Both the position numbers and the translations under genes were made by a program. 64,000 nucleotides of DNA, taken from NCBI GenBank assembly GCA_964016885.1, contig OZ024743.1, forward strand, positions 345,898,001 to 345,962,000, in the 5' to 3' direction. Positions 15,712 through 30,893 of this stretch are shown here, in pieces. The DNA is from Eledone cirrhosa. Lineage: Eukaryota. Below the pieces are notes generated by a model, which had not been told where the DNA came from, searched no databases, and saw only the letters and a list, made by a program, of their open reading frames with translations. The first letter of the stretch is position 1. Each line of letters starts with the position of its first letter.

Positions 15712-16506
15712 CATATATGTATTGCAATAAATACATCAGAAAACCTTATAGATGACAATGTATTGAATCTTATTTCCATTATAATTGTAAAAAGAACCCT
15801 ACACAAATTACAATATAAATAGAAATATTTACAAGAACAACAAAAAAGAAACTAATATTATATCTTTAGTTTATTCGACTAAACATTCTTCATTCTTCAT
15901 AAGTGTTCTGCTATTTGGCAATGTAGGAAATCTAATAAACGATTTTAATTGTCGAAAATTTTATCCCTTTTATTTCACGTTTTCGGCGGGAAATGTTATT
16001 TGTTTTGATGGTATAGCTGCTGTTGTTTTTGTTGGTGTCGATAATCACTATATATATTTTAGTTTTTCTATTTGATATTTCCGACAAAGATATAATTTTG
16101 CTATATTTGTTATTACTATTCTTGTTGTTGTTGTTGTTGTTTGTTTTTTCCTTGCTATTACTATCTTTGTTGTTACTATTGTTGCTTATAATTTTGTTTT
16201 ATATTTAATTGAACTTAATTACAAAAATTTAAAAATCCATTGCTAAATCTCATTTGAAAGAAATTGTTAAGTGTCGATAGTGAAATTTCAGGCGATTTCA
16301 TAGAATTTAAAGAGACTGGGAGGTTGTGGCGGTATCCTGACTAATAGATGGACACCAATTGTGGTGAGTGAGTAAGAGAGAGAGAATCTGCCTCTATGTG
16401 TAAATGATGGGGAAGCTACGTTGAGGCACAGGAAAAGTGGGAAGAAGGAATAAACAAAGAAAATTGAATGAATGGAGTGGAATTTCTACGAAGTATAAGT
16501 GGAAAA

Positions 16507-16542
<36 letters not shown>

Positions 16543-16553
16543 ATGTGTGTGTA

Positions 16554-16584
<31 letters not shown>

Positions 16585-16667
16585 ATATATGTGTGTGTGT
16601 GTGTATATATATATGTGTATATATACAAACACACACACATATATTTATATATATATATATACACACT

Positions 16668-16698
<31 letters not shown>

Positions 16699-17261
16699 AT
16701 AATATTATTTATACTTATATATACACTATATATAATTATAAACTGGAAAGGTCAGTAATTCATTACCACCTTATTACCTTATTATATATATGTGTATATA
16801 TAATATATGCTGGATTTTACCAACCATCCAGGGGTCCGGGTAAATTTTTTCAATCACATATTTTTTTATTTGTTTGACCCGAATTACTTGCTCGTTTCTA
16901 TGGTTGTGCGGATGACGGTTTAACCATCGTCTCAGTGTGTTTGACCTTTAACGTATGTTGTAGCTCTGGTTCGTCAGAATTATTGACCGCTTGCCACACA
17001 TTTCGGAAGTTGTTTTTCGCTAATTCCAAAGCCGAAATACGATTCTCGCTAATTTATATTTGTATATATAGATATACATATATATATATATATCATGTAT
17101 TAATTTCTCCCTCCACTTTCTGAGATATTTTTCACTTGCTACAAGGGATTCAGTTCTCTTTTCTTTCTTGACCGGTGTATCACGTGATAATTCCCCCCCC
17201 CCCCCCACCCACACCCGCCTTATGACATTTTATCACGTGCTACGAACGTGTCTGGAAAGCG

Positions 17262-17367
17262 CTCCTTCCCTGAGGAGGCCCTTGTAAAGCTGGTGAAAAC
17301 CACAACAATAGTGCACATCTACAATGTGCAATTGTTGCAAACTGAGCATCGAAACTGTAGTCGGGAC
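17262..17367 (+). ncRNA. type-I HHR-like motif with extended stem II
   Basis: TTCC-CTGAGGA (17270)...internal hairpin CAACAAT..TGCACA/TGTGCA..ATTGTTG...GAAA-CTGTAG-TC-GGGA. Confidence 0.55.
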
Positions 17368-17416
17368 TTTGAAGAAAAAATCGGTATATATCTGTGTCTA
17401 TTACTTCTTCTTAATT

Positions 17417-17468
<52 letters not shown>

Positions 17469-17556
17469 GAGGTTATATTTAATTTGTTGGGATTCAACAA
17501 GCTTAAACATGTTATAACTGATATAAAGCACTCAACAGTTTTGTGGATTAAATATT

Positions 17557-17858
17557 CAAATATATTAATAAATGGAAACTATATTTGTAAAACCATAATT
17601 ATTTTATTATATATATTTCAAGGGCAACCAAGGTAAATTATGGTGCCCTTTCATCAGATAAAATACAGATTTGTTTTATAAATAAATATTGACATACCTG
17701 GAAAAAAGACAACCTAACGGTTGAAGTTCGGTAATTTATTTATGAAACAAATCTGTATTTTATCTGATGAAACCGCACCATAATTTGCCTTGGTTGCCCA
17801 TGAGATATATATAATAAAATAATTATGGTTTTATAAATATAGTTCCATTTATTAATAT

Positions 17859-17862
<4 letters not shown>
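17557..17862. repeat. inverted pair of HHR-bearing stubs (family D)
   Basis: Arms about 17557-17690 and 17735-17862; minus HHR CTGATGA-AAGGGCACCA...TGGTTGCCCTT-GAAA intact (17616-17657); plus copy has GAAA>GAGA. Confidence 0.88.
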
Positions 17863-17916
<54 letters not shown>

Positions 17917-18137
17917 TATGTATATATGTATACGAACATATATATATGTATACAGACGTACAGTAGTATGTATATATATATATACATACATGCACACATA
18001 TATATATGCACGTATCGGTTTACCGAACATTTATTATAATGCTCGGTTTGTTTGTTTGTAAACAAACAAACAGCCCGAATTACGCCGTACAGTGTTTACG
18101 CAACCACGTCACCTTTTTGTTCAACATTGACACAGGA

Positions 18138-18180
18138 ACGATGTATTAGTTTCAAGCTTATTAGCTATCTTCAGCATCGT
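18138..18180 (-). ncRNA. minimal type-I hammerhead ribozyme
   Basis: Minus strand ACGATG-CTGAAGA-TAGCT-AATA-AGCTT-GAAA-CTAA-TA-CATCGT. Confidence 0.75.
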
Positions 18181-18677
18181 GTACCTTCCTGCCAGATGGT
18201 TGAACGTCTGAAAGTATATACTTTCCTAATGCATATTAACGGCTGAGCAGCCTAATTTGCATATCGAGTGATTTCAGTCGGCCGGGCACACCGAAAACGA
18301 TGAATGGAATAGAATGAAACGAAATTTCATTTCTCACTCTTAGTACGGCACTTACTTAAATGTAAGTATGTATGTATACGTACATACATATATGTATACA
18401 GACGTACAGTAGTATATATATATATATATACATACACGCACACATATATATGCACGTATCGGTTTACCGAACATTTATTATAATGCTCGGTTTGTCTGTT
18501 TGTAAACAAACAAACAGCCCGAATTACGCCGTACAGTGTTTCATTCTATTCCATTTATCGTTTTCGGTGTGCCCGGCCAACTGAACTCACTCGATATGCA
18601 AATTAGGCTGCTCAGCCGTTAATATGCATAAGGAAAGTATATACTTTCAGACGTTCAACCATCTGGCAGGAAGGTAT

Positions 18678-18720
18678 ACGATGCTGACGATAGCTAATAA
18701 GCTTGAAACTAGTACATCGT
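18678..18720 (+). ncRNA. minimal type-I hammerhead ribozyme
   Basis: ACGATG-CTGACGA-TAGCT-AATA-AGCTT-GAAA-CTAG-TA-CATCGT: perfect 6-bp stem I and palindromic CTAG in place of stem III. Confidence 0.85.
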
Positions 18721-18996
18721 TCCTGTGTCAGTGTTGAACAAAAAGGTGACGTAGTTGCCTAAACACTGTACGGCTTAATTCGGGCTGTTTGTTTGTTTAC
18801 AAACAAACAGCCCGAGCATTATAATAAATGTTCGGTAAACCGATACGTGCATATATACATGTGTGCATGTATGTATATATATATACATACTACTGTACGT
18901 CTGTATACATATATGTATGTACGTATACATACATACTTACACTTAAGTAAGTGCCGTACTAAGAGTGAGAAATTAAATTGTGTTTCATTCTATTCC

Positions 18997-19478
<482 letters not shown>

Positions 19479-19767
19479 TATATATAAAGTTGAAGATTTA
19501 TATGATTATACAGAAAACAGGAAGCATCTAGTAAATGAGTAACCGAATACAGGCAAGGATTCAAATATATCATAAAAGCTGCCTACTTAGGACAAGGATA
19601 TTCCACCACGGTGGTAAATTCATTCAGACTCGGTGAATTAAACACTGTGGATGAAATACAGCATTGTACATATCATCATCATCATCATCTGCAACAACAT
19701 CAACATCATCCTGATCATCATCACTGTCGTCATCAATATCATTATCATTATCAATATTAACTATGAC

Positions 19768-19950
19768 GGTGGATTGGCAGCAACGATAAAGGGTCGGACG
19801 CCATGCTTTTGTAGCATAGAGTTACGTCACTTTATGCTATGAGTTCAAATCTCGCCGAGGTTACCTTTGCCTTTCATCCTTACGGGGTCGATAAAATATA
19901 GTACCACTGGGATAATTGCTGGCCTTGTGCCAAAAGTAGGAACAATTATC
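19768..19950 (+). mobile_element. full-length tRNA-derived SINE (family A)
   Basis: Head GGTGGATTGGCAG, B-box GAGTTCAAATCT, core and 3' end. Confidence 0.88.
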
Positions 19951-19974
19951 ATTATATATAATCTATATACAATT

Positions 19975-21150
19975 TAACTGGTGTCTATAACCTGATAAGG
20001 ATCTGGAGATCCATCTGCTGTCAACACTCTTCCAACGGAGGGCTGGGCATGCCGTGGCTAATGATGCGCAAACATGCGCTGAGGCTACGGCATCTCCAGG
20101 TATTCTTCACCGACCAACCGGTGTGGGCACCGTTTGTGAGACAGGCTTTCCCACAACTTGTCTCGCTGACGGAGTTGCAGTCCTGGGTGAAGCCAAGTCC
20201 GAAGAAGATGGGCCCCTGGCACATTGAATGCGCCCAGGCGCTCACAGTCATATGTCAAGCGGGCGCAGAAATCAGTGAAGATTCCACTTCAACATTCTAT
20301 AGAGGTTTAGTACTTTTCAAGTGCGACGACGTGCTCAGGGAGACTCTAGGCGTCGAAGACAACGAGCTCACCAGTCTGTTCGGTAGGACTTTCCGCCCGG
20401 GACCTATGGACAACTTCCAGAGGCTCCTGGCCTAGCAGTGCTATCGAGGAGCTCTATCCGTTCGAGATAAGATCTACAGGCACGGGGCGCTCCGGCAGGG
20501 ATCATTTCAAGAGGACGTATCTAAGATGCGAGCAGGTCATTGAAACCGTCTTACGCGGGCGTAAGCGACCTGTGGAACTACGCAGAACAACTGCTGTCGC
20601 GTATGGGACAAATCCAGTTGACTGCCGAGTCCATCGTAAAGATCAAACCGCCAGCCTCTTTCAAAACGAAAGAGAGGAGGTTTTCCTCTGTACAGTGGCT
20701 ATGGTGAAAGTGGTTATATGGTGGACGAGATTGAGAGGGCTGAGGATAGATGCCTCTCTCTTCGGACAATAATCGATTCCCTTCTTTAAGTACCACTTTA
20801 GAAAGAGAATCAGAGCGGAGAGAGAGGCACTCCACCCCAGTAAATTTACTGAAAGGTGGGTGAATGAAGCGAAAATGGTCTGAGTGATTGGGCCTTCTTT
20901 GTTTATAAGCCTGTAGGTTAAAGAAGAGAGCAAAAGGAAGGAGCACTTGCACAACACGCTCCTGAAGTTGAGGGTTGTTCTATCAACAAGATATTCAAAA
21001 ACCCATTTGTGGGGCTTCCGCCCTATTGGGGATTCCAATTGTTATAATTGTTTGTTTTATATTTTTTACACGACTGTATGTAAAATCCCCTTCATGTCTT
21101 CGTATTGTCCCATTTTCTCGTGCGCCCGTGTGGCAAATAAATCTATCTAT
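19975..21150 (+). mobile_element. 3' fragment of a Tx1/L1-clade LINE
   Basis: CCQHSSNGGLGMPWLMMRKHALRLRHL (post-RT GGLG motif), degenerate CxxC..ET zinc-knuckle region near 20515-20560, AATAAA followed by a (TCTA)n tail; several stops. Confidence 0.75.
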
Positions 21151-21454
21151 CTATCTATATATCTGACTGTGTGTCTGTCTCTGGTTGCTTGTCAGCCTGT
21201 CTGTCTCTCTATCAGTCTATCAATATTCTTGTATATACTATCACTGCAATACTTTCTTTGATGGTATTATATTATTCCATGTATATTCAACGAATGATTT
21301 ATGGGTGTAAACATTAAGAATGTCAAAGTGAAAGCTTGTGAATGGATTTTGAAATGTATGCGTATGCAATTAAGTGTGTCTGATGTCTATATATGTGTGT
21401 ATAAACCTTCTCGATCTCTCTCTACAGCCCTCTCTCTTCCCCTCTACCCCTCTC

Positions 21455-21879
<425 letters not shown>

Positions 21880-21880
<1 letters not shown>

Positions 21881-22062
21881 CGCGCGCGTGCGCGGGTGTG
21901 TGTGTGTATGAGTGTCTAAATGTGTGTGTTAGTGGTTATATGTATATGGATCAGTGTATGTTGGTCAATGAACTAATATGTCCTTAATTCCCTCATTTAA
22001 TTCATAACCTTTGAGATTCCTGCCTAACTATTGCTCTGTTACTTGCGTGAAACCCGCAGCCT

Positions 22063-22158
<96 letters not shown>

Positions 22159-22336
22159 AGGCTGCGGTTTCACGCAAGTAACAGAGCAATAGTTAGGCAC
22201 GACCCTCAAAGGTTATGAATTAGATGAAGGAATTAAGTACATATTAGTTCATTGACCAATATACACTGATCCATATACATATAACCACTAACACACACAT
22301 TTAGACACTCACACACACACACACACACACGGCGCG

Positions 22337-22342
<6 letters not shown>
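21880..22342. repeat. inverted repeat, arms of about 185 bp around a (TA)(TG)(TA) spacer
   Basis: 21880-22064 is the reverse complement of 22157-22342 with scattered mismatches. Confidence 0.9.
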
Positions 22343-22407
<65 letters not shown>

Positions 22408-23053
22408 TATATATATATGAGAGTCTGCGTATATGCGTGTAATTGTGTATGTAGGAGATTTTCTGTGGGTTTGTGAAAGTGTTTATGTATGTGTGTGTGT
22501 ATGTGTAACTTAGCAAATAATTTGCGCCGTCTATCACAAGATTTGGAATGTAAAATTTATTCCGATTTCCTCAATGATATTTACGTTTAATCCCAACGGT
22601 CTTACTATAACTACCTTAAACAATCAAATAGAAGGTAACAACACATTCTGCTTATAAATATATTTAGATTACATATTGATATTATATATTTATGTATAAA
22701 TGTATAATAAATAAACTTTGGTCTATTACTTTTCTTATGGATGATGGATGGAGTCAGTGAATCGATTTAAATGTAAATTTTATTGAAACGTTTCTATTTA
22801 GCTTTCAGTAAGAGATAAGAGTAGGAAATAACTTGCTTTGGGATGAAATAATATTTTTGCAGAAGGGCAATAAAATGCTTCTCTTCTTCATTTATCTATC
22901 TATTTATCTATATATTCATATATCTATCTTTCTTTCTATCTCTATATCTATCCATCTATCTATCTAATTATTTATTTCTCCCTGTCTCTCTCTCTCTTAA
23001 TATCTCTCTGTCTCTTTCTCTCTCTCTGTCTCTCACTTTTTACACACAAACAC

Positions 23054-23246
<193 letters not shown>

Positions 23247-23359
23247 TACATATACACATATATAGGTTTGTGTTGTGGGTGTATGTATAAAAATACACAC
23301 TCATATACTCACACATTCACGCATAGCCTCGCACTTATCTATATATATATATATATGTA

Positions 23360-23415
<56 letters not shown>

Positions 23416-24002
23416 GGTGTGTGTATGTGTGTATACATATATGTGTGTGTGTGTGCATATATATATATACATTTATCATTTATGCCTGTGTAGAGATATC
23501 AATCTTTCAATCCATCCTACTAGTTAAACATCCAATCTCTCTATCTAAACACATAAATTCATCTATACTATCGGTCTATCATCCATCTAACCCCCCTTCA
23601 AACTATCTACGTATTTATCAATGTATTTGGCTATTAACTTTCAAATCTTGAATACTGATCACAGATGAAGGAGTCAACGAAGATGTTAGACATTCTCCAA
23701 GTGTTAGAGATTTAAGGAAATACTCTCCATAAGGGTTGTTGTGCTCCGTTTGTCATGCCCTAATCAAAATAAAATATAAAAGGAAACAAAGCAAAGAAAT
23801 AAAATAAAGAAAACAGTGAAAATAACACATCGTGCGAAATACTGCATCTAATATTGAAATCACGAACGATTGAAATGTTTGGACGAGAAGCAGATTTGTA
23901 CACACTAGAGGTTTGGCATACGTCACAGAGATAAGTAATTCTGAAATCCCCATTGCGAGAATGTCAAGAGAAACTGAGATAGATGCGTGCGAGAAAACGA
24001 GT

Positions 24003-24113
<111 letters not shown>

Positions 24114-24811
24114 TAGTATGAGGCGGAGTTTGAGGGAGCTGAATTAGGTATGATAGATAGATTGCAAAAGCAGAGGATAATGTTGTGAGAGAGAAATGCT
24201 ACAATATCTAGTCGATATATAATGTTTAAATACTTCGTTTTCCTCTGCAGGTGCATTGCGAGAGTTCTTAGAGCGTAGGATAAAATGCGTTACTGTAGTT
24301 ATTGTCTATTATTCAAATAATTTCTAGAGTTATATTCGTTTTTCATCCTTAAATCAAGTACAGGCTAAGGTCCGTGAATTATGGAAAATGTTAGAGCGTC
24401 GTGTGTACCACTGTGTGTTATTTCGTCAGGCCTTTTATATGCTGAGTTCAAATCGCCTTGTCGATTATTGGGAGATATAGCTAATCTGTCGTTATGTTTA
24501 ACTTCACAACCTATTCGTTGGATAACTTTAAGGACGTCCATTTTGTTGCACGTATACAGCCCTAGTGTCTAGTTTGAGGAAGACTTGCTCCCCTGCCACC
24601 AGTGTTGGAGGTCATAAAAGGGGTCATAAGGACTACCTTTGTTCCTTCAAATCATCAGACTCAACTGAGGTAGAAATTAACAATGACTAATATCATTCTC
24701 GATTCACTGCCTCTACAATAAATAGTAGCTCTAACTAAATAGTTGAAAGTAATTAATTAAATTGCCAATAGTTGTTATAAATTTCCAATTAGGAGTACAT
24801 ATCTAATATAA

Positions 24812-24950
24812 TTGTTTCTACTATTGGCACAAGGCCAGCAATTACCCAGTACATTACTGGTACTTTATTTTATCGACCCCGTAAGGATGAAAAGCAAAGT
24901 TAACCTTGGCGGGATTTGAACTCAGAATGGCAAGGGCCGTAACTCTATGC
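24812..24950 (-). mobile_element. SINE family A
   Basis: Reverse complement of B-box, core and 3' end. Confidence 0.85.
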
Positions 24951-25358
24951 GTACATATCTAATATAATATGAAATAAAAGTATATATGTAAAGTATAAGC
25001 CGTAATACAGTGTACACAATATATAATACCGCGTGTATATATCATAATACACAAGAACAATAAATATGAATAATAGAAGTTAAATAATTTACGAAGAGTT
25101 GATAATTACAATAATTATAAATGTGTGTAATTAGTTGAAAAATGTAAGTAATTGATCAGGTATGAATATATTTCTTCAAAGTACGGTATCGTTTGCTTTG
25201 TTATTCATGTTTACATTTAACATATATACACACATACACTCACACATACTCACCCCCCCCCCCCACACACACACATACGCACACACATATATGTATATAT
25301 ATTTATTTAAAAATATACTTATATATGTATATATAAATATATGTATGTATGTATGTTT

Positions 25359-25417
<59 letters not shown>

Positions 25418-26175
25418 TGTGTGTGTGTGTGTGTGAAGTAAAACTCTTTCCGTTGCAACGATTAGTGTTACATTTCATCGATCAGTGGAATATAAATGTC
25501 TGAACATTTTACAGAAACGTGTATTGTTATCGTAATTTTCAGGAAGTTTCAGCGGGAAATTGTGTGACTAGATTAACGCTTTGAATTACAGGTGCAATAC
25601 AGGCCCAGTCAGTTTCCATATATCCAGTTTCTCTCACAAATTATAGAGGTATAGTGATTGACTCTTGTCGGAGGTTTTAAGAAATGGAATCGAACCAGAA
25701 ACAATTTATTGCGAAACGAGCTGCTAAAGTATTCGGTAATTCTATCATACAAAATACATACATATAAACATATATAGTGCTTCGTGGATAATACTGAGAG
25801 AGACACACAGACAGTGTGAGAAAGAGAGAAAAAGAGAGAGCGGGGGAGAGAGAGAGGGGGTAGAGAGAAAGAAGTAGAGAGAATGAGAAAGAGAAAGAGA
25901 GACATATAACGAGATAGTATCGCAGAGGAAAAATGTCATTTAGAAAGGAGAGATTTAGTCACATATGTTTGTCATTTGTATTGGTATTTACACACGCATT
26001 CAACATAGGTACATGTTGACATACAAATAGAAATGCATAAGTGAAAATATATATTTCGGTCTGTGTATGTAGCTGAATTTAACACTACTACAGATATATA
26101 TATATATATATATACATACACTATGTTATATATATATATAATATATGTATTATATGTATATATATATAATATATG

Positions 26176-26271
<96 letters not shown>

Positions 26272-26497
26272 CGTCTCGTTCGTCATCCTGTCAACGCTAC
26301 GTAGTACACAGTCAAAGCATCACTTAGAAGAATATCTAAAGTGACATTGAATATAACTTAACAGAACAACATAAGAAATTTAATAAAGAATTATCAAAAG
26401 ATATTTCCTGTATCAACGAGAATAATGTGTAATGTAATGACTTATTGATTATAAACTGATATATTAGTCGAAAAACATGCGCATGATGTATTTATGT

Positions 26498-26594
<97 letters not shown>

Positions 26595-27230
26595 CGTCTT
26601 TATATATAAGTAAATATACAAACAAACATATATAACTGGCGACTGCGAATATTTAGAATTCTTTGTTTTCTCTTTACCATTACTCTTCACTATATTATTT
26701 TGTTAAAGGCGCTAAAACCGTATAAAAAATTTTAATGAGTGAAATTGCATACGTTACGAAAATTTGTCGAGTGTCCTGAATCTGTTCTTGTGTATCAAAA
26801 CCTATCCGACAATTGCCAGTATTTGGACCTGGATATCAAGAGGCTCCATTTCTTCATCCGTTTCGGCCACCAATAACAAAGGAAAAAAAGAAATTATCGA
26901 CACCACTCGTCCTTAGGTTGAGTCATTCTCAACTTATAGTCATTATTACGGAAGATTCCTTATGACTTTTTACTTGTGTCCGATTTAGGCTAGTTTCTGA
27001 GTGGTTTACAAGTTACGGATATGCTTTCAACAATGTCATTCATGCGATTAACCAGCGATGACAGTGAGAGCCTTTTATGTTGAGCTGTATCCATTTCTTT
27101 CATTGTTGCTACCGTAGCAAAACTTTGTATGGATTATGTTGTTAATTCTATGCCCAAATCCCAAAATATAAAAGCAGTGGAACACTTTTTCATATCCCTT
27201 CATCATCGTTTTTATATCCACATTTCCATG

Positions 27231-27300
<70 letters not shown>

Positions 27301-27337
27301 TATACCTAACTGTACCAAGGATTACACACATTTTCCA

Positions 27338-27369
<32 letters not shown>

Positions 27370-28082
27370 GCATACATGTACGTAACCATACATGCACGCA
27401 TATACATCCATCAATACATATATGTATACATACAAACATACATTCAACAATGCATGATATTTGAAAGTAAATGAACAAGTACATAAACGATGTTGATTAA
27501 AATTATATTTATTCATTCGATGATTTCTGTCATACTGGTTGAGCAATCAGGCAGTCGTGTATGACTATCAAAAGAAAAAAAAAGCATGAATTAATTTAAA
27601 ACTGCATTGGCATCTGCATGTTTATTTGTTAACACAAATGTGGTGTCATTTCCGATCTGAAAAAAGTACATTTGTCTACATTGATATAACAGCAATATTC
27701 GACAATTGGCTTAAATTTTAGCTCGTTTACCCCTCTGTTTCTTGATCGACTTGTATCACATTGTGCTAGTAAGAACATGTACTTCTTAAGAAGTTATTTG
27801 TATTTTACTTACTTGTAGACGTAACTGAAATGTTTGTCAATCTTGGAAGCCTGCATCTCTTTGCATGGAGACATGTAGATAAGACTAATGCTCTAATGTA
27901 GATTCAAAACCGTGTGCTTCCAATTGAATGTAGTTTCCATTGAATAGATAGGTCAGTATCTGCTGTGATACATCATTTTATTGACCAGTGTTTTTAACTC
28001 TGTCTTCTCTGGAGCAAAGAAATTTGTAAAGGGATGGAATATTACGCATGCATCAGGATCTAAGCAAAGTTTCATATTATGT

Positions 28083-30505
28083 ACACCAATATCCAAATAG
28101 GTTCTGAAAATGTTGTTGCCACAGTTTTGAGCGTTCTTCTTGCCTGGAGGCTTTCAGTTTGGCTCTGTCACTACTTTTTCTGCCACTAATTTCATTGACA
28201 ATCTTCCAGGCTTCAGCAGACTTCTTATTGCTGACAGTACTTGAGATATGATTGATCTTTTTCTGCATGTATTCGGCTTGCTCGATTTCATACTCACTTT
28301 TCAATGCTGTACAAGCAGCATTGAAATTACTGTTTACTGGAGATCGTTGAGTGTCTTTCAATTCTGCAGTTCTGCAGATTTTCGCAACTCTTTGCGCTTT
28401 TGGCGTATCCTCTCTGTTTCCCAGGGCTTTCGTTTTTTAACCTTGGGTTTTAAAGGGATGGTGTCAGCCGCTGCCTCTTTGAATGCCATTTGAAAGTGGT
28501 TAAATGTAGAATATGACGATTTTGTTGGCGCAGAGTCTTGTAGGGCAGCAAATCGGTTGCTCAGTTGGGTTACAAAGGTTTTGTAAGTCTCAGGATTGGT
28601 ATTCAGAACTGCCCAGTTGTAAGGAGTAGCATTTGCTGATTTCTTTTTATCCACTCGGCGACTTAATCGTATCTTAATCGAGACAATGCGATGATCCGAG
28701 TCAACCCTAACAAATGAGTCATATGCTCTACAGTGTTTTGCGCTGTTCTTCCATTTTCGATTGATTATGATATAATCCAGTTGTGTCTTGTCGCCATTTG
28801 GAGATGTGTGTGTCCACCGCTGGCCTGGTCTTTTTTGGAATATGGCGTTGAGACATCGTAAATTGTTCTTACACAAGTAATCTTTTAGCATACAACCGTT
28901 TCTATTGGTCTGTGTGTGGTATGAGAAGAAGAAATAATACCCGGTTTTACAGAGGATCACCAAATACAGAAAGGTCCTTTTACTATGGAAGAACTACAGA
29001 AAGGTCCTTTTACTATGGAAGAACTACAGAAAGCAGTGAAAATTATTGGTAACAGAAAAGCGCGCGGACTCGACAAGATCCCAGCTGAAGTGTGGAAGGT
29101 ACTTGAATTTCACCCAATCCTACTAGAGTTGTCTATAATCAAGACCCCATAGACAAATGGACTGAGGGATGTATACTCCTTTTTCACAAAAAGGGTGATC
29201 TTGGAATGGCTAAAAACTACCGTGGCATAACACTAATGGCAATTGCCGAAAAGATATAATATTTCATGTTGCTTGATAGAATAAGACCTGTCATTGACCC
29301 CTTGCTGAGAAAAAACCAAAATGGCTTCCGCACCAACAGATCAACATCAGGGCAAACACTTACTATTCGGCGTAACTTGAAAGGCGTAAAAGCCAAAAAC
29401 TTCCCAGCAACTCTCCTGTTTATTGACTTTTCAAAAGCATTCGATTCCATCCATCGTGGGAGGATGAGAGAGATACTTCTAGCCTACGGCTTGCCAAAGT
29501 AAACAGTAAATGTCATCATGATGTTATATAAAAACACCCGCGCAATGGTGCGCTCACCAGATGGAGATTCCAAATTATTTGACATCATTGCAGGAGTATT
29601 CCAAGGGGATACTCTTGCACCATATATGTTTATCATCTGCCTCGACTAGGTATTGAGAAAAGCCCTGGAAGAAAACTTAGAGCTTGGTTTCACTCTCACA
29701 AAGCGAAAGTGTAGACTCAATGCAGTTCAGAAAATCACCGATGCTGACTATGCAGATGATTTAGCTGACTACCTTAAGGATGCAACATCACTACTTCACA
29801 GCATCGAATCAGTTGCAAAGGAAATCGGACTCTATATCAATGCAAGCAAAACAGAATATATTTGCCTGAACCAAGACTCCTCAGTTGGTATGCGAAGTCT
29901 AAACGGCGATATAATCAAGCAAGTTGACGACTTCAAATACTTGGGTAGCTATATCGCCTCCACAGGCGATGTTAACATCAGACTGGGAAAAGCCTGGGAG
30001 CATTGAATGCAATGGAAAAAATATGGAAATCAAACCTGCCGACCAAACTGAAAAGGAATTTCTTCAGCGCTGCTGTGGAAGCTGTGCTTGTTTATGGCTC
30101 TATCACTTGGACGCTAACGTCAAAACTGGAGAAAAAGCTAGACGGGGCATACACACGTATGTTCCGTGCTTCTTTAAACGTATCTTGGAGGGAACACCCA
30201 ACAAATAAGGATCTCTATGGCAATATACCACCTATCAGCAAGTCAATACGTAAACAAAGACTCAAATTTGCTGGCCACTTTTGGCGCAGCAAGGAAGAAA
30301 TAGCAAGCGGTGTATTGTTATGGAGTCCATCTCATGAAGCAAGAAACGCTGGTCATCCCAAGAAGACATACGTCAAGCAACTTGAGGACGATACTGGATG
30401 TTCTGCGGAAGAACTGGCAAACGCTATGAGAGACAGAGATGGATGGAGGAAACGTGTCGTAGAAGGCCGAGCAAGCTCGACCTGATGATGGTGATGACAC
30501 CAATA
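28083..30505 (+). mobile_element. RTE-clade LINE with inverted 5' segment and 9-bp TSD
   Basis: Minus 28092-28960 encodes the AP-endonuclease end (QLDYI, DSDHRIV) and linker; plus 28965-30485 encodes RT (NYRGITL, NQNGFR, IDFSKAFDSI, GVFQGD, YADD, FKYLGS); (TGA)n tail; ACACCAATA at 28083 and 30497. Confidence 0.92.
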
Positions 30506-30799
30506 GTTAGAGACATTTTCGGCTAATCTGTTGTACGTTTTTACTGAACCATCAGTCGATATTTATTGAACTCTATATACTGTTATAGATATTTTCTATT
30601 AAACGGGTAACTTGGCTTTCTATAGTGGCATTTACGTGGCGTTCTTTAGGAATTATAATTATGTACAATTTTTTTTATATAAAAACAAAATAGAACTTGC
30701 AATAACAAATGATGCAATTAGCTGGTATTTTAAATAGAAATTACAAGTGAAAATAAACTGTGGACAGTTCATATATTATTTTTCTAGTGACCAATATAC

Positions 30800-30893
<94 letters not shown>

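Larger units (their letters stand above)
17913..19000. mobile_element. 444-nt HHR monomer repeat (family E): about 1.4 units minus and 1.05 units plus, back to back
   Basis: GTACAGTGTTT recurs at 18087 and 18531; TGTTTCATTCTATTCCATTT at 18537 and 18981 (both 444 apart); inversion junction at about 18537-18541. Confidence 0.9.
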
